In this document: positions 18,741 to 29,944 of the stretch, in pieces
Numbering within the stretch: position 1 is the stretch's first letter
Layout of the letters: each line of letters starts with the position of its first letter
DNA from: a bacterium
GTDB lineage: Bacteria > SM23-31
NCBI GenBank assembly: GCA_965249485.1
Contig: OZ252239.1
Span: 3,296,001 to 3,360,000, forward strand
Length of the DNA: 64,000 nucleotides
Reading direction: 5' to 3'
The notes under the pieces: model-generated
Databases searched by the model: none
What the model was told of the DNA's origin: nothing
What the model saw: only the letters and a program-made list of their open reading frames with translations
Position numbers and translations under genes: made by a program

Positions 18741-19355
18741 TTACAAAATAGTGTGCTGAGGATTGACAAATTTACTACAAAAAGTGACCCTGTGCTCCGG
18801 GGTCAGACCATGCTCTTTAATAACGTCAATATGGAACTGTGTTCCATATCCTTTATTGGATTTGAAACCGTAAACCGGATAGAGATCGTCGAGATCCATC
18901 ATAATAGCATCACGCGTTACTTTCGCAATAATCGAGGCTGCAGCGATTGAAAATGATTTTGAGTCACCTTTGATGATAGCAGTACTGGGAGAATTAAATT
19001 CAGGTGTCATCGAACCGTCGACAAGTATGTGTTCGGGGGTTAAATCAAGCTGTTCAACTGCGGCCTTCATCGCCTTAAAGGTTGCCTGGAGAATATTTAT
19101 AGAATCGATTTCATTTTTTTCTACAATTCCAATACCAATGGCACATGCCGCTTCGCGAATCTGCCCAAATAATGTATTTCTTACCGGTGCAGACAATTTT
19201 TTGGAATCATTAATACCTTCCGGAATATTCGCTTCTCGGTCAAAGATAACCCCTGCGGCAACGACCGGACCGGCCAGTGGTCCCCTTCCGACTTCATCTA
19301 CTCCTGCTACATATTGAATATCAAGAACCCAGAGATTTCGCTCAAACGTGTCCAT
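18741..19355 (-). CDS. rnhB: Ribonuclease HII
   Basis: AGVDEVGRGPLAGPV, DSKKL, IAAASIIAKVTRD and NKGYGT motifs. Confidence 0.97.
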   Translation of the reverse strand: MDTFERNLWVLDIQYVAGVDEVGRGPLAGPVVAAGVIFDREANIPEGINDSKKLSAPVRNTLFGQIREAACAIGIGIVEKNEIDSINILQATFKAMKAAVEQLDLTPEHILVDGSMTPEFNSPSTAIIKGDSKSFSIAAASIIAKVTRDAIMMDLDDLYPVYGFKSNKGYGTQFHIDVIKEHGLTPEHRVTFCSKFVNPQHTIL

Positions 19356-19415
19356 AATCTTCGCTACCAAATGCATCAATTTTTTTGAAGAAAATATCAA
19401 TTATTGGGCTGAATG

Positions 19416-21872
19416 TCAATCAGTAATATGGTATTTATTCGCTTTATGCACGATTGACCACTGCATACCGTCTGACACAAACTCAATCGCTCCACCTGAA
19501 TCTGTCCTGAGAATCTCAGTTGTGACTTTTCTGAGCCGTTGCAGTGTTTCGGGAGCGGGATGCCCGTAGGAATTGAATTTACCGGAGGATATTACACTAA
19601 ATTGAGGTGAAACTGCTTCCAAAAAATTTACATCTGAGGAATACTTTGAGCCGTGATGGGCGACTTTTAGAATATCGCTATCAAGAAACGATCCATACTT
19701 TACTAATATTTCATTCTCTACCTCAAATCCAATATCACTTGTAATGAGCAATTTTGTCTGTCCATATTGAATAAGAAGTGTCATGGAAATATCATTCGTA
19801 TTCCCATAGTATGAATCCGGATTCAAACGCAAGGATGGCGACAGAACATACATTCTCCAATCTTCCGATTTGTCTTCTTGGTGTGATGATCTTCTACTAA
19901 TTATGCTGTCGCCTGCATGTATTAGTTTTCTCTCAATACCTTTTGTTTGTAGTAAATTGAAGAATTCATCCTCTACAATAAATTGTTGTGAGTCGATCGA
20001 TTCATAAAACTTCCCGACTTCAACATGCCGCATCACTGATTCAAGTCCACCATAATGATCTCTGTTCGGATGCGACAGGAATACTCCATCAAGTTTACGG
20101 ATTCCGGCCCATCGTAAATAGGGAATAACATGTCTGTTGCCCGCATCACCGGTATCCCAACTGTTTCCACCGTCGATCAGCCAATGAGTGTCATCTGGAA
20201 ATGAAATGACCGTAGCATCTCCTTGACCGACATCGAGAAAAGTCACGTTCATAACCGGTATCGGACGATTCAACCATAATGCCCAGAGAATTAATACAAC
20301 TATCCCTGCACTACCTAATGTTATTCTGAAAAATAGTGGCTTAGTGTATACCAAAACGATAAAAAACACACTTGCTATTGAAATCAATACCCATATAATC
20401 TCATAATGGCCGATTATAAATCTCATAAATGAAACATCTCCGGCAAATCGGTTTATAGCGAATATGGTCTGAATCAAAACATCGTTTGTTGCACCTATTG
20501 CCGAACCCAGTTGCACACTCATGGATCCAAATAGCAATTCCGCCAAACCCAATCCCACGGTGAGCGTTGCCAGCGGTACGATGATCACGCTCGTGAATAT
20601 CCCGCCCGGAACAAGGTAATGAAAATGGTATGCCATAAAGAACGATGTCCCAAAAAATGCGCCTGCAGACATGAAGAAGAGTGAAATGGTCTGCCTCCAA
20701 AGCCATAAAAACGAAAATGGCTTCGTCATCCCTTCCAATTTATAAATAATCGGTTGGATTGATCCTTTAAAATAAAGAATCCCGGCAATTGCCGCAAAAG
20801 ATAACTGAAAGCCGGGATCAAAAAGTGTATTCGGATTCATCAACAGAATCAGGAGTGCGGTAACACCCAGAATATTCCAGGTGTCTCGCCTCCGTTGGAT
20901 CGTAATACCAAAATAATAGAGACAAGCAAATATCCCGGCACGCAGCACAGGAGGACGGGCTCCGGTTAGGAGGATATACACAAGGACAATAACGATTAAA
21001 AAAACCGACTGCCATCGTTTTCCCAGGGGGAAAAACATAAGAACGCTCTGAATAATGAGGATTATAAATCCGACATGAAGCCCGGAAACGGCCAGAATAT
21101 GGAGTGTTCCCGCGTTTCTGAAATCGTTAAGTATGTCGGTCTCAACACCAGTCCGCTGGCCGAGAAGTATTGCTTGCAGAAACGCCAATTCCTGACCAGT
21201 GTGGAATTGCTTCAATGTAGTACTCAAGAATGTGCGAATTGGATATATTAAAACACTTTTGATAGTATTTACTCTATTATCCGCATGAACTGTAATCTGT
21301 GCTCCATCAGGAATACGAAGAATACCATAAACATCCTTCCGGGCGAGATACGTACGGGAATTCATCTCTCCGGGATTGCGCCTCTCAGCAGGGCGCACCA
21401 ATATCCCCGACATTTCAATGTTATCTCCAATCCCGACACGCATTGTGCTATCCCGCAATGAAACATTTATTTTTCCATCGATATCTGAATACTCTATACC
21501 CCGAGCTTGAATACGTGATAGGGATACGGTAATCGTTTCACCGCCATGATGGTATTCGATCACATCTGAAACCCAGCCATCAACTGTCACATAGGTGTCA
21601 TAGAGATTAAGTTTTGTTAAATGGGAATCCGGGAGACGAGAAGTTTCGGTAAGAGATAATCGAAAAAAACCTGTTAAAAAAGCTATCAGGATAAAGAGCA
21701 GTACAAAAGAAATCCCGGAAGATTTAAATAGGTAGTGACACATCAAAAGGAGAAACAGCAATCCTCCTGCAATCGGGATAATCCAGTTAAAACCAAACTC
21801 AACTACTGATGCGGCAGCGATACCGCATGCACAGAAAAGTGTTGTTTTTAAAGCAGGCTTGTTGGTCAGCAT
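19416..21872 (-). CDS. comEC: DNA uptake protein ComEC/Rec2
   Basis: HILAVSGLHVG, GFQLSF, and the beta-lactamase-fold DVGQGD, SHPNRDH and KVAHHGS motifs. Confidence 0.95.
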   Translation of the reverse strand: MLTNKPALKTTLFCACGIAAASVVEFGFNWIIPIAGGLLFLLLMCHYLFKSSGISFVLLFILIAFLTGFFRLSLTETSRLPDSHLTKLNLYDTYVTVDGWVSDVIEYHHGGETITVSLSRIQARGIEYSDIDGKINVSLRDSTMRVGIGDNIEMSGILVRPAERRNPGEMNSRTYLARKDVYGILRIPDGAQITVHADNRVNTIKSVLIYPIRTFLSTTLKQFHTGQELAFLQAILLGQRTGVETDILNDFRNAGTLHILAVSGLHVGFIILIIQSVLMFFPLGKRWQSVFLIVIVLVYILLTGARPPVLRAGIFACLYYFGITIQRRRDTWNILGVTALLILLMNPNTLFDPGFQLSFAAIAGILYFKGSIQPIIYKLEGMTKPFSFLWLWRQTISLFFMSAGAFFGTSFFMAYHFHYLVPGGIFTSVIIVPLATLTVGLGLAELLFGSMSVQLGSAIGATNDVLIQTIFAINRFAGDVSFMRFIIGHYEIIWVLISIASVFFIVLVYTKPLFFRITLGSAGIVVLILWALWLNRPIPVMNVTFLDVGQGDATVISFPDDTHWLIDGGNSWDTGDAGNRHVIPYLRWAGIRKLDGVFLSHPNRDHYGGLESVMRHVEVGKFYESIDSQQFIVEDEFFNLLQTKGIERKLIHAGDSIISRRSSHQEDKSEDWRMYVLSPSLRLNPDSYYGNTNDISMTLLIQYGQTKLLITSDIGFEVENEILVKYGSFLDSDILKVAHHGSKYSSDVNFLEAVSPQFSVISSGKFNSYGHPAPETLQRLRKVTTEILRTDSGGAIEFVSDGMQWSIVHKANKYHITD

Positions 21873-21941
21873 AGATATAAGAAATGTAGCACTACTACCT
21901 TTCCGTCTTTTCCGGCTTCAGCACGCTTCAAAATCTCTTAA

Positions 21942-22736
21942 TCAGTTCAGGTTTCGCTCCCGTGCTATACTCTAGTAGGCATTCTGAATAATCTGAAATT
22001 TTTCATGCGCCATATCGGTAAATTCCTTTCCGAGATGGGTCACCCGGTCAGGATGAAATTTCATGACCATATCCCTGTAAGCTGATTTCAATTCGCTGTC
22101 GGTTGCATCGGGGGTAATTTCAAGAACATTATAGAGGTCATCTACGACAGATAAGGAAAATTCCGTTTTGATATGGTCATGGTCTGCTTGATCAATTTCC
22201 AGATATCCGACAATCTCTTCTATCCGTTTTTGTTCTTCTTTCTTGAAAACATTATCTGAAAGAGCCACTGAATAGAGAATCCGGACAAGCATAAGCAATT
22301 CCGGATATTGCATATATTTCTTTATTTCTGTCGATATAGATCTAAGATCGAGCTTATTTGTCGCTGCTTCCTGAATCAGATTTTCGATAATTTTACCTTC
22401 ACTGCCCCGGTAATGTAAACTGTTACGAAAAAATGATTTTATTGCTTCAACCTCGGCAGCATTGATCGATTTATCCGACTTCGCCACACTCGTCATTAAT
22501 GCTACGAGGTATGTGAGAAATACATACTCCTTTTGGCGTGTTGATTCCTGATTGTACCGTGCGCTTACATTCTTATACTCCCAGGTAGATGATGAATAAT
22601 TCTTAGGGAATACAAAACCAGTCATTTTCTTCGCAAGAAACCACATTAAAGCGGCGAATATTCCAATAGACAACTTTCCTGTGATGATAAAAACAATCCA
22701 GCATAAAAGAAATGGACCCCACAATGAACCTGACAT
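21942..22736 (-). pseudogene. djlA: DjlA-like co-chaperone (TerB + J domain) with premature TAG 10 codons before the natural stop
   Basis: TerB-like VAKSD...AEVEAI and J domain with HPD. TAG at 21972-21974 interrupts NAY*SIARERNLN-TGA. The truncated protein may still function. Confidence 0.7.
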
Positions 22737-22784
22737 TATAATTTCCTTTTATATAAATAATCTAATAGTAATTAAGTGAAATTA

Positions 22785-23516
22785 TCAATAAACAAATTCC
22801 TCACCGCAGTGCGGACATCTGTTGGGATTTCCGTTGAAAGCATGATTGCAGTGCATACACATATTTTCGAAAATCAGCCCTTCACGCACCAATAGGTTTT
22901 CTGCGTCTCTTAATTGGATTATAGGAACTAAGAGAGCATACTGACCAGCCAGATATGGCTGCGCTCTGTCCATTTGGTCCTTTATCACACCGAATATCTC
23001 ATTCGATTCAAGAATCTGTAATGCCGGCTGCAGCTCTTCCATGTGAGTATCTGACTGAACGATTACCCAGTTACCGACAAATGGATAGTTTGCATCGTCT
23101 TTACAGAAATATTTACCACTTCTGGCAACAGAGCATTTCTTACAGAGCGCTTTTTTACATACAAGGCACACATAGCGAGTCATTGATTCGGGGTGATTCA
23201 CACACATTCGCAAACCGGCCCGTATGTATCCGCATTCAATACAGTACTCATAATGTGCGGATGTATAGTCTTTGCAGCTTTCACACTGTGTCACTGAACT
23301 GGAATGGATGGGCTGCTTGCCATCAAAATCGAAACGGCTCAGATCGTTGCCACATTTCCAACAAAATGTGTCATTTTCCTCAGTTGCAGCACCACAAACA
23401 TTACAATCAATAGCAGAATTGGCTAAACTGTCCCGCACTTTTAATACAGCACTGCAATCGGCACAATTCGTAACAGTATCAATATATTCATTGCCACATT
23501 CTGAGCAGTACGGCAC
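22785..23516 (-). CDS. Multi zinc-ribbon / B-box-like cysteine-rich protein
   Basis: About 10 CxxC pairs plus CVNH...CLVC...CKKC (B-box-like). Confidence 0.65.
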   Translation of the reverse strand: MPYCSECGNEYIDTVTNCADCSAVLKVRDSLANSAIDCNVCGAATEENDTFCWKCGNDLSRFDFDGKQPIHSSSVTQCESCKDYTSAHYEYCIECGYIRAGLRMCVNHPESMTRYVCLVCKKALCKKCSVARSGKYFCKDDANYPFVGNWVIVQSDTHMEELQPALQILESNEIFGVIKDQMDRAQPYLAGQYALLVPIIQLRDAENLLVREGLIFENMCMHCNHAFNGNPNRCPHCGEEFVY

Positions 23517-23542
23517 GCTATTTCCTTAATGAGAGTAATTTC

Positions 23543-24034
23543 TTAGTGATTTTCATCTTCAGAGACACTGCCCCGCAGAATCTTTAAAGCATGAGGAAGG
23601 ATTGGAATCAATGCATCGATGCTGTCTTCAATTGCCCGCGGATTTCCCGGCAGGTTGATGATAAGTGTTTGATTTCTGATTCCGGAGATTGCCCTCGACA
23701 ATACAGCATTCGGTGTAGATTTCAATCCACTTGAATAGAGAACAAAATTAATGCCCGGTGTATTGCGTTGGACTACCATGGCTGTTGCTTCCGGTGTAAC
23801 GTCCCGGGGACTGAATCCGGTTCCACCTGTTGTAAGAATGAGATCGGTATTATCCGAATTGACAATATGGAGCATCGCACCCTTGATAACATCGAGCTCA
23901 TCAGGCAGAATCTTATGTTCCGTTACCGTGTATGCATCGGGAGGAAGCGATTCCTCGATCAACGGCCCGCTTTCGTCTTTCCGCTCACCGGCAAAACATC
24001 GGTCACTTATGGTGAGTATCGCTGTCTTGAACAT
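23543..24034 (-). CDS. mogA: Molybdopterin adenylyltransferase (MogA/MoaB family)
   Basis: TISDR, TTGGTGFSPRDVTPEAT and INLPG motifs. Confidence 0.92.
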   Translation of the reverse strand: MFKTAILTISDRCFAGERKDESGPLIEESLPPDAYTVTEHKILPDELDVIKGAMLHIVNSDNTDLILTTGGTGFSPRDVTPEATAMVVQRNTPGINFVLYSSGLKSTPNAVLSRAISGIRNQTLIINLPGNPRAIEDSIDALIPILPHALKILRGSVSEDENH

Positions 24035-24213
24035 AATTACCTTACGTTATTTTGGTAAAATGTACTGGTGATAATTGCAAAAAGCAAGGACAAACACCCA
24101 ACAGACCTATGGTAAATAGAGAGAAAATCTACAATAATTTTGTTGGTTTAATATAAATCTCTCTGTATATTTAGGTGAATATTAACCAATTTTACTCGTC
24201 GAACCGATATAAA

Positions 24214-24717
24214 ATGTATCTGACAACACATTCGGCAGCAGGGCTAATCGTGGGTATTGTATTCCAGCAACCGGCCGCGGCGTTTATCGGAGGTGTTGCT
24301 TCCCATTTGTTGCTTGATATTGTCCCGCATGAACCACCGGAAGATCTGATTTTAACGTATCCAAAGGATAAATCTCCGGATAAACAGACAGTACGTAAGA
24401 GGACACGTGCCAGCCTCTTCGATCTTGCCGGACTTGCGGCGGTGATAGTACTTTCCCTCTACCTGTTCAGCGGAGGTGAGTCCGGAATTAATTATTATCC
24501 GGGTATACTGAATGGCATTATCGGAGGTGTTATTCCGGATGTTGTCATTATTTCGACTTTTTTTCTCGACAATAAATTTCTCAGGTGGTTCTTTGATTTT
24601 CATAACAAGCTCCATTTACTCGTACCGGGAATCCGGGTATCCAATGCGGTGTCAGCAACATATCAACTTATTCTTTCAGGTATTATGATAACCGGAGCGT
24701 ATTATTACATACACTAA
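24214..24717 (+). CDS. Membrane protein, putative metal-dependent hydrolase
   Basis: TTH...SHLLLDIVPH...PD...FHNKLH His/Asp pattern within TM helices. Confidence 0.55.
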   Translation: MYLTTHSAAGLIVGIVFQQPAAAFIGGVASHLLLDIVPHEPPEDLILTYPKDKSPDKQTVRKRTRASLFDLAGLAAVIVLSLYLFSGGESGINYYPGILNGIIGGVIPDVVIISTFFLDNKFLRWFFDFHNKLHLLVPGIRVSNAVSATYQLILSGIMITGAYYYIH

Positions 24718-24778
24718 ACTATCTCATTACGATTATCAACTATAAATTTATCACAGTATTTCTTCAGTTAGGATTAGA

Positions 24779-26257
24779 ATGAGCACACAGTTAACATCGA
24801 TAGAGCACATTATTTTTGAGCTGACGAAACAGGTCAATATGCTGCTTAAAGCTGAATATGGCGTATGCTATTTTCAAATCGCACCGGCATAGTATAAAGC
24901 ATTTAATATCGTCCATGATTCATTTGAAGAACAGACTCATTTTGCTATCGACAATAAAACTATCGATGAAATTTTAGGCGGAAAAAATCATCCTGTTGTC
25001 TACAGCGGGAGAATTCCATTAGCCGCAAATCCCGATAAGAGCCGGGCTTATAGCTCCGGCCATGTTTCACTGCTTCTGTATATTCCAATTCTTCATAACG
25101 ACCGGATGATAGCACTGCTTGAAATAGCAAACCCACACAACAATGAATTCCTCCAACAAAAAAAACCGTTGCGGGCGTTTCATAATATAATTCAGAATGG
25201 ATTTATTGCTCGTCTGCAATCACGAACTAATGATGAGAAGTCTCAAACAGAACATGGCCTGATCCATGATGTATCTGAAATTGTTGGATCATCACCGGTA
25301 ATGTTGGAATTGAAATCAACTATTTCCCGTATTGCGGCAACTGAAAGCACTGAGTTTATTAAAGGAGAAACAGGAACAGGTAAGAATATTATTGCTCGGA
25401 GCATCCATAATCTTAGCAATAGACGGGATATGCCCTTTGTTAAGGTAAACTGCTCGGCAATTCCCGAAAATCTACTTGAAAGCGAGCTGTTCGGCCACGA
25501 AAAGGGCGCATTCACCGGTGCCCTCCAGAAGCGGATCGGGAGATTTGAACTGGCACATCTCGGAACAATATTTCTCGACGAGATCGGAGAAATATCGCTG
25601 AATATTCAAGTGAAATTACTGAATGTTCTCCAGGATCAGGAATTTGAGCGTCTCGGCAGTACACAAACAATCAAAGTCGATATACGAATCATTGCCGCAA
25701 CCAATAAAGAACTCGAAGCAGCCATTCGGAATGGTGAATTCCGGCAGGACCTTTTCTACCGGTTAAACGTTCTTCCTATTACTGCTCCTCCGCTGCGTGA
25801 AAGGATTGATGATCTGGAATTGTTGACACCACATTTTATCAAAAAGCTAAACCATAAACTTAATCTTCACTATAAGGGAATAACTGACGGAGCACATTTC
25901 TTACTGAAGCAGTACGAATGGCCCGGCAACATCCGTGAACTTGAAAATGTCATTGAGCGTGCTATGGTTATCGGCAACGGATCGTCGATACAACCAAAAG
26001 ACCTCCCTCAAGAGATTATCGATACTATTGATTCTGTCCGTTCGAAGAAAAGAATGTTTGCACTGCGGGAGGGGCAAAAATCGTTATGGGATGTTGAGAA
26101 AGGTATTATCGAACGTGCTCTCACAGAGTCGAACTGGAATCAGTCCAAAACAGCCCGGGTGCTCTGTATCACACGGAATCATCTCAGGTACAGGATCAAA
26201 AAATATGGGATAAAAAAACCAGAATCGAGTTCTGTCAAAATCGGGGATCAGGCATGA
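24779..26257 (+). pseudogene. Sigma-54-dependent transcriptional activator (GAF-like + AAA+ + Fis HTH), in-frame TAG at codon 38
   Basis: GETGTGK, ESELFGHEKGAFTGA, FLDEIGE, WPGNIRELEN and C-terminal HTH. The frame extends upstream to ATG 24779 through one TAG at 24890-24892. Confidence 0.8.
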
Positions 26258-26538
26258 AGAAACCGTGGGCAATGACAGAGGATGAATTCAGTATCAGATT
26301 CTTTAATCATATGACCGGTAGAGAATTATGCACCGATAAAAAATTTCTTGATATGGTACAGAAATGGCACGATTTCATGAAAGAATACTTAGATAAAAAA
26401 GAGGCGGATTCCGGAATAAAAATCGAATACCCTGTCAATCTCCACGAAGAAATCATAAAATGGGCACTTGAAGAAGGCAAAACAGTCCCAAAAAAAGTGC
26501 TCGACGAATATCCCCATTTAATCACAAAAAAAGAGTGA
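26254..26538 (+). CDS. Small hypothetical protein
   Basis: 94-aa ORF overlapping the activator stop (ATGA coupling); C-terminal HEEIIKWALEEGKTVPKKVLDEYP. Confidence 0.6.
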   Translation: MKKPWAMTEDEFSIRFFNHMTGRELCTDKKFLDMVQKWHDFMKEYLDKKEADSGIKIEYPVNLHEEIIKWALEEGKTVPKKVLDEYPHLITKKE

Positions 26539-26553
26539 AATATCCAGCTGGAA

Positions 26554-27369
26554 TTAATGTGTATAAGCGTACATAATGAAGTTAATTGCCATCTGGAAGC
26601 TGATCGTCGATGCTTTTGAGATGTTACGGTCCGGCCATTCCCACCCGTCTCCAATATCCTGATTATAACTTATTACACACATCATGCGGCCAAGATCATC
26701 ATAGATTGCATAATACTGATCTTCATATCTACTGACTCTCGGCTTTGTTGATGGCGCTTCAACAGGATCGATGGTATAGTAGACAGACCAAATAGGATGG
26801 TCAGGTGGTATTTCCACTGGTTCTCTGTCAGGAAAGACCAGTTTAATATTGTTGTAAAAATTGTACCATTGTTCATAATGAAAATCATCGAAAATCACAA
26901 AGCCGCCCCTGTCGAAATATTCACGCAGCATTCGAATTTCCGTCTCATCCGTGATCCAGTAACCAGGTTCTGTTAGATACATAATCGGATGCTCAAATAT
27001 CCGCTCGTCCTTAAGTGTGAGAGCAAGATACTGTCCGGCAATGTCAATTTTAGTTGTTTTATCTATGGCTTCCTGCAGATTGTCATCCGCCGTAGGATAG
27101 TCGGTTGCCCACATCCACCTGTTTCCCCAGTCCCGATATATTACTCTGATAAATCGAAAACCATGATCATCCCACATACCCGGTAATAATGAAGCATCTA
27201 TCTGTTAAGATTCTGTTTCATCGATGTCAATTACACCGACACGCTTGACGGGATGTTCTGCGCCAGTAACAGGTGCTTCTTTACTCTTCTCTGATGGTGA
27301 ACACCCGGAAACAACAAGTACAGCGATAATGTAACTAACAACAAATGATTTTATTCGATCTCTTAACAT
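26554..27369 (-). pseudogene. DUF4159 domain lipoprotein with in-frame TAA after the signal region
   Basis: WATDYPTAD, GGFVIFDDF and DIGDGWE resemble DUF4159. The frame extends to ATG 27369 (lipobox VSGC) through TAA at 27205-27207. Confidence 0.7.
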
Positions 27370-28010
27370 TATTTAGTAACGTTACTTGTTCTGGGTTCAA
27401 TTTTATAATATGAAACCATTTTTTCAAGAATTTCATACGGCTGTGCGCCGACAACACAAGAATCGCTCATCGCAAAAGCAGGAACACCGGTAATTCCTTT
27501 GTTTCGAGAACGTTTCCAGTCTTCGTCGACTTTACTTTGATAACTTCGTTTCTCAAGGACCGTTCCTGCCTCACGTTCGGGTAAATTAATTGAATCAGCA
27601 ATACGGATAAGATTATCGATTTTAGCGATATTCATTCTATCAACAAAATATGCCCTGAAAAGAGCGCCATGTATTCGGTGTTCCTCATGTGCATCTACAG
27701 CCCAGGCAGCGAGTTCCTGCGCTAATCGGGAATTATAGGTGAATTCGGGACGATTATACGGAAGCCCTTCTTTATCCATATGCTTTGCGAGATGTATTTC
27801 TGCGGTTTTAAAGTCGTAACTGCTTCCAAAAAATATTGCCTCAAGTGTCATCCCTTCCTCGGGCGTATCAGGATGGAGCGGAAAATGGATAACCTGAGTA
27901 GTAATAGAATAGTTTTGAATAATTTTTTCAATACGTCCTGTGCAGAGATAACACCTGGGACAAACATAATCTGTATAAATTTCAAGTACAAGCTTATTTG
28001 TCACAGCCAC
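27369..28010 (-). CDS. DsbA / FrnE-like thioredoxin-fold oxidoreductase
   Basis: DYVCPRC (CPWC is usual), FPLHP, GITGVP and GAQPYE motifs. Confidence 0.85.
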   Translation of the reverse strand: MAVTNKLVLEIYTDYVCPRCYLCTGRIEKIIQNYSITTQVIHFPLHPDTPEEGMTLEAIFFGSSYDFKTAEIHLAKHMDKEGLPYNRPEFTYNSRLAQELAAWAVDAHEEHRIHGALFRAYFVDRMNIAKIDNLIRIADSINLPEREAGTVLEKRSYQSKVDEDWKRSRNKGITGVPAFAMSDSCVVGAQPYEILEKMVSYYKIEPRTSNVTK

Positions 28011-28169
28011 TACCTTTTTTATTATCGAGGATTTTAATTCATCTTGAGCAAATCGATACTATTTCAACAGTTAATACACTATTTCAGTTCTGTGATTATA
28101 ATGTTAAGCTAAAAATAATCATTCCAGAGACTATGGTCAATACCTAATGAAGCACCGGAACATTCAAAA

Positions 28170-29036
28170 TCAGTTGGTTTTTTCGAGAAAATTGTTAATT
28201 GCCCGAATTGTTTCATCTGGGCTTTCTTCTTGCGGCATATGTCCGCATTCGGGGATGATAGTGAGGTACGACTGTGACAGGATTTTGTGAAACAGATATG
28301 CATCGGCAACAGGTATGACTTTATCCTGATCACCCCAGATTATCAGGACTGGAATACGAATTATTGGAAACTGTGACCGTATTTCATCAAAATTATCGGG
28401 GAAGATGTATCGTGCTGCATTGGCAGTCGCCCTTCTGCTTCCGGGCAAATCGTAAAATTGTGCATATTTAATTATACGATTGTCCGTTACTTTCGATTTA
28501 TTATGATAAGCTCTTTTTAATGAGACAGACATCATGGTTCGTGATGAAACGAACTGAAGTATCAATCTGCCAAGCCACGGCCTCTTACGGGATAAATCAA
28601 TAAAAAAAGGAAGCTTCCGGTCATATCCGGCACTTCCTATCAGGATAAGTTTTTCAATGTATTTTGAATCACTTTTTAGTAGTAAAACTGTAACAATTAA
28701 AGCAACACCCCCTCCATAGGAGTTCCCGACTAATACTACGTTTGAGAGATTTCGCGCTTTGATAAATCGGATAACAATATCGGCTTGATCAACCGGAGAA
28801 TAGTATTGATCATCCGGTTTCGACGAGTATTCGAATCCCTTTAAATCAAAGGCAATAACAGAATACTTTTCTGGAAATGATTCCCAAATAGTATCCCACG
28901 TCAATGCAGATGCCGAAAAACCGTGCAGCAAAATTATTGTTTTATCACCACGGCCGATTTCATAATAATTAATCCGAACAGAATCGGAATAATCAAATGT
29001 CTTACGCTTTATTTCCAGATGATCAGGTTCCGTCAC
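28170..29036 (-). CDS. Alpha/beta hydrolase
   Basis: LLHGF, GNSYGG nucleophile elbow, WGDQD and CGHMPQEE. Confidence 0.9.
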   Translation of the reverse strand: MTEPDHLEIKRKTFDYSDSVRINYYEIGRGDKTIILLHGFSASALTWDTIWESFPEKYSVIAFDLKGFEYSSKPDDQYYSPVDQADIVIRFIKARNLSNVVLVGNSYGGGVALIVTVLLLKSDSKYIEKLILIGSAGYDRKLPFFIDLSRKRPWLGRLILQFVSSRTMMSVSLKRAYHNKSKVTDNRIIKYAQFYDLPGSRRATANAARYIFPDNFDEIRSQFPIIRIPVLIIWGDQDKVIPVADAYLFHKILSQSYLTIIPECGHMPQEESPDETIRAINNFLEKTN

Positions 29037-29087
29037 CAGAGTACTTTCATTCCTACAGCCACATCAATGCTTTGGTTCATCAGTTGT

Positions 29088-29558
29088 TTAAATATGCTTC
29101 GAGAGCTTTGCGATGGTCGGGTGAGAAAGTTTCATAAAATCGTCCATCTTCATCTTAATAGCATCAGTATGTGTTCCGGCATTAAATGCAATCTCTTTGT
29201 CTTCTTCAAGACTCTTTGCCATATACACAGGCATGTGATAAAGATTTCCGAATGGCGACATTGCTCCGACTTCACAGTCAGGGAAAAGCGATTGAAATGT
29301 GTCTTCAGTAGCAAGCTCAATATTCTCTGTATGGAAAAAGGACTTCATGTCCTCGAAGCTAAGCTTATAGCTTGCCGGAAGCACAATCATCACATATTCT
29401 ATTCCGCACTTGACAATAATGGTCTTTGCCATTTCTTTGCCGGGAACATGCAATGCTGCGGCAATTTCCTGAGCTGTATACGCACGTGGATGGGTTAAAA
29501 CAGTATAATCGACGTTATTATCATCAAGATACTGCTTCAATTGACCTGAGACAGCCAT
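29088..29558 (-). CDS. YbaK/EbsC (ProX-like) aminoacyl-tRNA deacylase family protein
   Basis: AKTIIV, PDCEVGAMSPFG and FNAGTH motifs. Confidence 0.88.
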   Translation of the reverse strand: MAVSGQLKQYLDDNNVDYTVLTHPRAYTAQEIAAALHVPGKEMAKTIIVKCGIEYVMIVLPASYKLSFEDMKSFFHTENIELATEDTFQSLFPDCEVGAMSPFGNLYHMPVYMAKSLEEDKEIAFNAGTHTDAIKMKMDDFMKLSHPTIAKLSKHI

Positions 29559-29944
29559 AATTCTTCCCCCTATTTGTGTAATATTATTTATATAAATACT
29601 ACGACGGCACTGGAAGATCGAAATTAATTAAGACGTTAGTTACAATCAAGAAGGAGAAAGAGAAACCTGGGATTCTATCGTGAGGTCAGAACGCTGTAGT
29701 TGTAATATATGTTTATGAATGTAACATGTCAATAATTATATGCACGAATTCATAATATTGTTCACTGAAGGTGTCGGATTTCGTCACATAAAACATATAT
29801 TAAAAAGCTCCTCCGAGTGGTTGAATCGGAAGAGCTTATCAGATGCATTGCTATTCTTTTGGAAATCTGGAATTTATCTATGACAAAAGAAAATCTATAC
29901 AACAAAATAATATCGGACAATAACTTTCCCTTCATTCGGCAGGG

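Noticed and set aside
29559..29944. Structured leader RNA upstream of the ybaK-like gene (weak ACTACG...TGTAGT pairing)
   Set aside because: Pairing is short and imperfect, with no T-box or other known motif.
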